Shown in pieces: positions 18,095-24,837 of a stretch of DNA of 24,837 bases. The notes under the pieces were generated by a model. That model did not search any database. It was not told where the DNA came from and saw only the letters and a list, made by a program, of their open reading frames with translations. Each line of letters opens with the position of its first letter. The first letter of the stretch is position 1. The DNA lies in the NCBI GenBank assembly GCA_051117555.1, contig JBNPEG010000110.1, positions 2,776 through 27,612 of the forward strand, read 5' to 3'. Source of the DNA: Elainellaceae cyanobacterium (lineage in GTDB: Bacteria > Cyanobacteriota > Cyanobacteriia > CAZCXK01). Position numbers and translations under genes: made by a program.

Positions 18095-18718
18095 ATGGCA
18101 CGTGATGGGATTACGGTCACTTTGTTTCGTTGGGCAGGTGCTTGGGGACCTTTCAAGGTCAAGATTCCGTGCGGAGAGTGCGCATTAACCAAAGATGTAA
18201 TCCGAGACACTCTAGAGGCAGAGCTAGCAGGCATCCCGGTTGAATTAGATATTCGAGAGTGGCTCACCGAATGGTGGAAGCCTCTCCTCAAAGGAGGTTG
18301 GCATGCCCCGATTGTGATCGTTGATGGCAAGGTCGTTAGTCAAGGAGTCGCCCTCAACCGAGGCGTCTTGACTCAAGCAGTAACTACAGCCTATGCCAAA
18401 CAGTCTGCGATCAAAGGCAGTCATTTGTTTGGTAAAGCAGGCTGTCCTCACTGCGATCGCGCTAAAGGCTATATGCAGCAGGCAGGCATTCAATATACCT
18501 ATCACGATGTCGTTCGTAGCCCGCGGGCGCTCTATGAGATGTTAGCTCGGGCAATGCCGCTGATTGGGCATAAAACCCCTATCACGGTTCCTCAAATTTG
18601 GCTGGGGGGTCGGTATATCGGCGGTGCGGATCAGCTTGGTGAGTTTATCCAAAAGCATCGTGTGCCTGATGAAGCACTGATTGAGCACACTACCGGACAC
18701 ACCACTCCCACAGCATAA
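18095..18718 (+). CDS. Glutaredoxin-like protein with two thioredoxin-fold domains
   Basis: N-domain CGEC...HAPIVIVDG; C-domain GCPHC...TVPQIWLGGRYIGG. GGAGG upstream of the ATG. Confidence 0.85.
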   Translation: MARDGITVTLFRWAGAWGPFKVKIPCGECALTKDVIRDTLEAELAGIPVELDIREWLTEWWKPLLKGGWHAPIVIVDGKVVSQGVALNRGVLTQAVTTAYAKQSAIKGSHLFGKAGCPHCDRAKGYMQQAGIQYTYHDVVRSPRALYEMLARAMPLIGHKTPITVPQIWLGGRYIGGADQLGEFIQKHRVPDEALIEHTTGHTTPTA

Positions 18719-18744
18719 TGCTGGTTAAAAAATGCCGTATCAAA

Positions 18745-18853
18745 CATATAACCCCGGCATTGCTGCCGGGGCTGGTTAGGTATAGAGAGTTCAAATCACT
18801 TACGCTCGGTTTCTGTATAAAGGGTTCGAATAAGATTCGATTAGGTGCGAACT
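18745..18853 (-). ncRNA. Candidate small RNA, sibling 1 (about 109 nt)
   Basis: -10 TAGACT (18865-18860), then A after 6 nt; internal hairpin UCGAAUCUUAUUCGA; two RAACYCUYUAUAY motifs; 3' GCCCCGGCA-GCAA-UGCCGGGGU hairpin. Paralogous to 19203-19301. Confidence 0.55.
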
Positions 18854-19202
18854 GGGTTCAGTCTAAGCACTATTCAACGAAGAGCGAATAAACCTGCTTT
18901 AAAGCCTCGATAAAGAGTAAAAAAGAGCGCGATCGCCCAACCGTGTAGAGTGCCGCACTGCTATTGTATGTCTTGACAGCAGTGCATATAGAAAGGGGGC
19001 GATCGCCTCGTGCATTAACGAACTTGGCATTTGAGCGTGCAGTCGAAAACTCTTAGGACGAGCGCTCATCTGACGCATCACTTTAGGCCATACCTTCATA
19101 ACTAGAGTGCATACCAGAGCGATCGCACTAGACAGGTGTTGATGATTTGGAGCGATCGCCAATCTTGTAGCGACTGTTTTCCAAATAAAGAGGGCTTTAA
19201 AG

Positions 19203-19301
19203 CATATAACCCCGGCATTGCTGCCGGGGCTGTTTAGATATAGAGGGTTTGAAATAGTTTCGAGCTGTTTAGATATAGAGGGTTCGAATAAGTTTCGTCT
19301 T
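19203..19301 (-). ncRNA. Candidate small RNA, sibling 2 (about 99 nt)
   Basis: -10 TAGGAT (19313-19308), then A after 6 nt; two tandem 35-nt units (19229-19263 and 19264-19298); 3' 30 nt identical to sibling 1. Confidence 0.55.
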
Positions 19302-19482
19302 GGATGTATCCTATGCAATATTCGACGAAGGGCTGATAAATCAGGATTAAAAGCTTGGTGAAGACTGGAACTCTCCGCTCTACATCTATATGAAGGCTTG
19401 GCAGATTGAATGCCGCATTTTCAGGATGGAGTGGTTATCGTAGTGGAAACAGAAATATCCCCCCTTACATTCCTGCCGCGTG

Positions 19483-21939
19483 ATGACCTATCCCAAACAT
19501 GCCTTCATCAGCTACACCAAAGCCGATCGCGCTTGGGCAGAATGGATTGCCTGGACACTTGAGGAAGCGGGCTATTCTGTCGTCATTGATATCTGGGATT
19601 TTCGCGGCGGGCATGACTCTGTGCAGAAGATGCACGAGGCATCGATTGAGTGTGAAAAGCTAATTGCCGTTCTCTCTGAAGATTATCTGCAAGCTACTTA
19701 TACCTAACCGGAATGGCGATCGGCGTTTGCCAATGATCCGCAGGGGGAGAAGCGTCGGCTGGTATTTGTGCGCGTACGCGAGTGCCAGCTACAGGGATTG
19801 CTGAAGCCTCGCATCTATCTAGACTTGATTGGCACGTCTGAAGCTGCTGCGAAACGCGACATTTTGGGCATTTGGGAAGAGCGCGGCAAGCCTGACCAAA
19901 AGCCATCTTTTCCAGGAGTATCGTCACGAGTCGCTTCAAAGCCAGTCGAGTTTCCGACCAGTGCGAAGCAACGCCTCCCCTGGAACATTCCGTTTCCTCG
20001 CAATCCGTTTTTTACCGGGCGAGACGAATTACTCAGCGACCTACGCAATCAACTGACGCAAACGAGCGCTGCTGCTCTGTCGCAACCTGCTGCCATCAGC
20101 GGCTTAGGCGGCATTGGCAAAACCCAAACTGCGATCGAATATGCCTATCGATATCGCGACGCGTACAGCGCTGTGTTTTGGGTGAGGGCGGAATCTGAGG
20201 ATAGACTGATTTCAGGGTTTATGGGGATTGCGGAGCTGCTGAAGCTGCCGGGGCGTGACCAGCAAGACCAGCAGATTGTTGTAGCCGCCGCGAAGCACTG
20301 GCTGAATGAACACGAAAACTGGCTGCTGATCTTTGACAATGCCAATGAGCTGAATTTGCTTCGAAACTATCTGCCGCGAGAGATGGGTGGGCATGTGCTG
20401 ATCACCACTCGCGCTCAGGCAATCGGCACTTTTGGTCAACGGATTGAACTGCGGCAGATGCAAACGGACGAAGGGGCCACCTTTTTGCTGCGTCGTGCTC
20501 GGATTATTCTTGATAGTCAGTGCTTAGACGATGCATCCGATGCCGATCGGCAAACCGCTCAGGAGATTGCGAACCTGATGGATGGCTTGCCGTTGGCACT
20601 CGACCAGGCAGGTGCATTTATCGAAGAGATGATGATTAGCCTCAGCGAGTATCAAGACCTGTATCAGCAAGAAGGCATCAAACTACTGGCAGAACGCGGT
20701 GAACTGGCAGGCGAACGAAGTGATACAGAAGAGGATCACCACCCAGTGACAATCACTTTCTCCCTTGCCTTCAAAAAAGTCGAAGAACGCAACCCAGCCG
20801 CAGCCGACCTACTGAGAGTCTGCGCTTTTTTAGCGCCCGACGCCATCCCTGAAGAGATTTTTGTAGAAGGGAAAGACGTGTTAGGAGAGCGCCTGAGTAA
20901 GGTCACGCAAAACCGAGTTGCGCTCACACGAACAATCGCGGAAGCCGCAAAGTTTTCGTTGGTCTATCGCAATCCAGACGCCAAAACGCTGGATATGCAT
21001 CGACTGGTGCAAGACGTTTTGCGAGACGAGATGGATGAGGAAGGACAGAAAACCTGGACAGACCGGGCAATGAGAGCTGTGAATGCGGCGTTTCCCAACC
21101 CTGAATTTGAGAATTGGTCGACGTGCGATCGCCTCTTGCTCCACGCTACCACTGTCATAATTTGGCGAAGACAGTTTCAGTTAAAGTCCGAAGCTGCGGG
21201 TCGCTTGTTAAACCAAACAGGCTACTACTTGAGGGAAAGAGGAAATCTCAATGAAGCTGAAACCCTATATCAAGAAGTCCTGGTGTTAAGTCAGAACTTG
21301 TTCGGCGATCGCCATTCCTACGTTGCTACTATTCTCAATAACTTAGCAGGGTTGTATGATTCGCGAGGAAATTATACCGAAGCTGAATCACTCTATAAAC
21401 AAGCTTTGGAGTTGCGGCTAGAGGCACTAGGCGATCGCCATCCTGATGTGGCAACCAGTCTGAACAATCTCGCAGAATTATATCGGTCGCAAGGGCACTA
21501 TGAGGCCGCCGAACCCCTCTACCTTGAAGCGTTGCAGATACAGAAGGAGCTGTTGGGCGATACGCGCTCCGCGCAGGCGAGCCAACGCCATCCTGATGTG
21601 GCTGGCAGTCTAAACAATCTCGCGGAATGTCGGTTAAAATTCTCTACTCTTCTCCTCAAGCAGATTGGAAACCAGATAGAACTTAACGAACGAGCCATAC
21701 CCAAAGCTACTACCCTGACGGAATATGTAGTGAACACATTACTCAAATCATACTGTGTACTGCCACAGGCTCCTTGGGCGATCGCCCAAGTTTTTCTCCT
21801 ATCAGTTCGAGGGGCGATGAAACTATTTCCTGTCCTGCTGGATATGAGCCCTGTATCCAAGCAACTTTCAGATAGGTTCCAGCTTGTAGGAGGGAGAACC
21901 TCAGACTTCAAGCTCCCTAAGTTCAAATATTGCTTTTAG
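19483..21939 (+). pseudogene. TIR-NB-ARC(STAND)-TPR protein with an in-frame nonsense codon and a truncated TPR array
   Basis: TIR AFISY...WAEWIAWTLE...YLQATYT*PEW with TAA at 19705-19707. The same frame continues to FTGR, GLGGIGKT, LLIFDN, GLPLAL, MHRLV and HPDVATSLNNLA TPRs. Homology stops abruptly at about 21630. Confidence 0.9.
21562..21585. mobile_element. 24-bp insertion inside a HIP1 site (small dispersed repeat-like)
   Basis: GGCGAT[ACGCGCTCCGCGCAGGCGAGCCAA]CGCC. The two preceding TPRs have intact GGCGATCGCC (GDRH) at the equivalent position. Confidence 0.8.
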
Positions 21940-22029
21940 ACCTACGGGCTTGGAGTTGTGTGTAGAACCTAAGGCTACGAGGAGGTTCTACACACGTTTA
22001 ACATCCTGACGCGAGAGCGCAAGGCTATA
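21935..22029. mobile_element. About 95-bp MITE-like repeat with a 13-bp-stem hairpin (possible terminator)
   Basis: Hairpin GTGTGTAGAACCT...AGGTTCTACACAC (21958-21995); ends related to 11701-11791; lies 10 nt from the porin stop codon. Confidence 0.6.
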
Positions 22030-22039
22030 CGCTTACAAT

Positions 22040-24064
22040 CTAGAAAGTGAATGCAGTTCGCAAGACTCCTACTACAGCAGTATCATTTCTGCTATACCCT
22101 TCGGGATTGAAGACAGCAAACACACCAGGAGTCACGGTGATAAAATCTGACACCCGGAAGCTGATATATCCTTCCAAATGATAGGGGTCAGAATCTTCAG
22201 GGTTGAAGGCATCGCCGCCTGTGCTATCTCGATTTAGGGGTTGCCCGAAGACGATGCCTGCCGAGTTGCCCTCCCGAAAGATGTCCTGTGCATGGACACC
22301 CACCATCCAGTTGATGAAATTGGTAGATGCATCAACATCTACCAGATCGGCAAAGATATAAGCACCCGATGCAGTAAACGAGATATTGTCTAGAAAGCGC
22401 CAATTGATGGTTGCTCCAAGGGAGTTCATGCGAATCCCTTCATTGGCGATCGCCAGTACCGAATCACCTCCCGTTGCAGCTAACTGATCAGCATCGGGAT
22501 TAAAGAGAACTGAACCGATATCTGAACTGCTCAAGCCCGTAGCCAAAATATTGATCTGATGATAGCTGTTGGCATAATTTAGCCCAATGTCTAGAGTATC
22601 GCTGGGAGTAAGAGTGAGTTGTGATGCAATCACATAACTTCCATTGAATAGTCCTGCTCCCAGTGGAGTTCCGCCCAGTAATCCCTGATTATCAGGAATG
22701 GGCGCATTTACACTGGCATATAACCCCACCAAGCTGACCCAATCTGCAAGATTCCAAACGAAGCCCCCAGCGGATGCCAAGCCAGTTCCCGATGTCCCTC
22801 CAGACACTCGCACCGCTGCATTATAGGGTGCGAAACGAGAGATGGCTCCCTGGGTGTCGCTTGCGAAGGGACTAACTGATGGAAATACATCGGTAACCTC
22901 GACATTCGAAGCCACAAAGAAGGTGACATCGTCAAAGACAGGAAACAAGTATGCTAGTTTGTATAGCCGGAGCTCATTGGGGTCAAGGGGGGAAAGGGTT
23001 TGAGGGTCGGTGCCCGGAAACTGGGGTTCAAATCCTAGGCGTGTCGTACTAGCATTGAGGGAAAGTGGATCAGAATACCCCAACGTTCCTTGAGTACTAT
23101 TCGGATCGCTGAGAAAGTTGTAGGCTTGTAGTCCTGTAATGAGTGCATCCCGCCCGGTAAAACTGGTAGTCAGATTTAGGCGGACTCGATAGTTGAAAGC
23201 AATCTGTGTATCATCGCCGGCCTCTCCGCCCGTGTTGGTCAAAATGCCGGGAGTGGTATCAGATTCGCCAGCCCCCGGATAGGCTCCTCCCGCACCAACC
23301 ACTCCAAAGATGACTTCTCCATTCAGTCGGGTTGTGGTCGAAAATTGGTTGGCTTCTAATTCAGCAGTGCGGGCTTCGAGGGCATCAACCCTGCCACGTA
23401 GAGTTGCGAGTTCGGCGGCAAATTCTTCTTGCAATCGTTGGAGCACTGCCAGATCACCACGGGTCACCACATCAGCCAGCCCTGCTGCAGTCAATTCATT
23501 GAGCCGATCAAGGCAAGCATTCAATCCGGCAGCAAATTCATATCGGCTCAGAGCACGATTGCCCCGGAAGGTGCCATCGGGATATCCTGCGATGCATCCA
23601 TACCGTTCTACCAAAGACTGTAGTGCCTGAAATGCCCAGTCGGTCGGTTGGACATCCGAAAGTTGCGATACCGATGTTACTTGTGATAACGGATTATTAT
23701 CAAGCGATAGCGAATTATTATCAAGGGTAGGTGTTTCAACATGCGGCATTGAGGATTGTGGAGCAGGCTGGATCGGAGTCGCTTCGTCAACATCCGCTTG
23801 ACTGTCTTGTGCCGCAGCCGTCAATAGTTCTATTGCCTGCAGGTCAGCGACCTGTTGCTCATATTTAAATGTATTGTCTGACGTATCTACATCCCATATA
23901 TCCAAACTTGAATGAGTTGGGGATATATCTGATTGCTTAGAGAAATCTGATTGTTTAGAGAACATATTAGTCTCTGCTGCTGCCACTTTAGCTCCCCAAA
24001 GAGCATGCAGCAACAAATAAGCAAGGGTAACTCGCTGAAGGTAAATTCGAGAAAATATAGACAC
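22040..24064 (-). CDS. Cyanobacterial outer-membrane porin (SLH + OprB; 'iron uptake porin' family)
   Basis: QVTSVSQLSDVQPTDWAFQALQSLVERYGCIAGYPDGTFRGNRALSRYEFAAGL, QFSTTTRLNGE, C-terminal VLRTAFTF. GTG start with GAGGA upstream. Confidence 0.96.
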   Translation of the reverse strand: MSIFSRIYLQRVTLAYLLLHALWGAKVAAAETNMFSKQSDFSKQSDISPTHSSLDIWDVDTSDNTFKYEQQVADLQAIELLTAAAQDSQADVDEATPIQPAPQSSMPHVETPTLDNNSLSLDNNPLSQVTSVSQLSDVQPTDWAFQALQSLVERYGCIAGYPDGTFRGNRALSRYEFAAGLNACLDRLNELTAAGLADVVTRGDLAVLQRLQEEFAAELATLRGRVDALEARTAELEANQFSTTTRLNGEVIFGVVGAGGAYPGAGESDTTPGILTNTGGEAGDDTQIAFNYRVRLNLTTSFTGRDALITGLQAYNFLSDPNSTQGTLGYSDPLSLNASTTRLGFEPQFPGTDPQTLSPLDPNELRLYKLAYLFPVFDDVTFFVASNVEVTDVFPSVSPFASDTQGAISRFAPYNAAVRVSGGTSGTGLASAGGFVWNLADWVSLVGLYASVNAPIPDNQGLLGGTPLGAGLFNGSYVIASQLTLTPSDTLDIGLNYANSYHQINILATGLSSSDIGSVLFNPDADQLAATGGDSVLAIANEGIRMNSLGATINWRFLDNISFTASGAYIFADLVDVDASTNFINWMVGVHAQDIFREGNSAGIVFGQPLNRDSTGGDAFNPEDSDPYHLEGYISFRVSDFITVTPGVFAVFNPEGYSRNDTAVVGVLRTAFTF

Positions 24065-24837
24065 AATGAATCCTCACAAAATGACGCAAATAAATTAGAA
24101 AAAAGCGAAGAATTAGGTCTTGAATATGCCTATCGTTTGCAAAAGTGAATACGAAATGGAGTTGCTAATTGGAGTGCAAATATTAGATTCTTGGATTTTG
24201 AGTGCCAAGGTACATACGCGATTCACATTCCTGTAAGCCTCTTCTACAGAATTTTCCGCAACCCCAGAACAACTGATTTAGAAAGGCGTATGGAGCCTGT
24301 TACAAACAGCAGATAATCCATGAAATGCGATCGCATTTCGCAGAATTCTACCAACGTTCATGAAGTTAAATTCTTTAAGCTAAGAGGCTCGGCAATATTG
24401 GAAGTAATGCCTAACTTGTCAGCGCTCCTTGTTAAAACAGATACTATCACGTGACTTGACTAGGCTTATTTTTGATTCCCTGAAGTCAATGATTTGATTA
24501 TTTAATCCTATAGAAATATCTCTTACTTCTTGATAGAAACAAAGATAGAATTGTCGAGGCATATTTATGTTTATACTCAGGATAGGAGTGCTTACCCTCT
24601 CGGACTTGCCTGCCCAACACTTTGTTTGAGCGAAGCTTGTAGGTGTTGCCATAATTGAACGGGAGAAGATTAAGCAGAAGTTATATAACATAAATGGTAT
24701 TTATATTTATTTGCGTTTGAATTTGTTAAGTTTATGACTAAACTAGAGTGTAGGAAGTTGAATAGCACTGAACTTAAAGATAGTTGCCATTGTTCAATTC
24801 ATCACACAACAAGAAATATGGGTCCGAGCACTCTACT

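Larger units (their letters stand above)
475..24333. repeat. HIP1 octamer GCGATCGC dispersed across the window
   Basis: Roughly 40 copies counted by eye (e.g. near 475, 932, 1127, 1630, 3763, 15656, 21432, 24326), far above the fewer than one expected by chance. Confidence 0.95.

Noticed and set aside
19229..19298. 35-bp units as a CRISPR mini-array
   Set aside because: Only two adjacent units with no unique spacer and no cas genes. Better explained as an internal duplication in a small RNA.
18899..19318. 139-aa minus-strand ORF
   Set aside because: It runs through a terminator-like hairpin, tandem repeat and HIP1-rich spacer, has a TTG start and no recognisable motif.
3938..24148. Many short antisense or alternate-frame ORFs overlapping the long genes
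   Set aside because: They are shadow ORFs of well-supported genes, with no motifs of their own.
24419..24691. 90-aa minus-strand ORF upstream of the porin
   Set aside because: AT-rich, no clear RBS and no recognisable motif; probably spurious.

Overview
Cyanobacterial DNA: the HIP1 octamer GCGATCGC is very abundant (roughly 40 copies by eye), and there is an SLH-OprB porin and a Uma2 gene. The window has four blocks. (1) 1-3650 is a decayed accessory region with a coiled-coil VNTR gene running off the window edge, several pseudogenes (including an internally deleted YhcG/DUF1016), Uma2 and an internally deleted IS1634. (2) 3709-6453 is an intact 914-aa SF2 DEAH helicase fused to a C-terminal HExxH SprT/YgjP-like metallopeptidase, a candidate single-gene defence or DNA-repair system. 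(3) 6481-17792 is a putative nitrogen-scavenging cluster: a Liv-type ABC importer behind a class II NtcA-type promoter, an NdmA-like Rieske oxygenase, two COG3964-like amidohydrolases, a LysR regulator and a solo DUF1116. (4) 18095-24064 holds a double-CxxC glutaredoxin, two sibling candidate sRNA genes missed by the ORF track, an inactivated TIR-NB-ARC-TPR gene carrying a 24-bp insert inside a HIP1 site, and a porin. Several IS630-like MITEs sit immediately after stop codons. All family assignments come from motif recognition by eye; no database searches were run.
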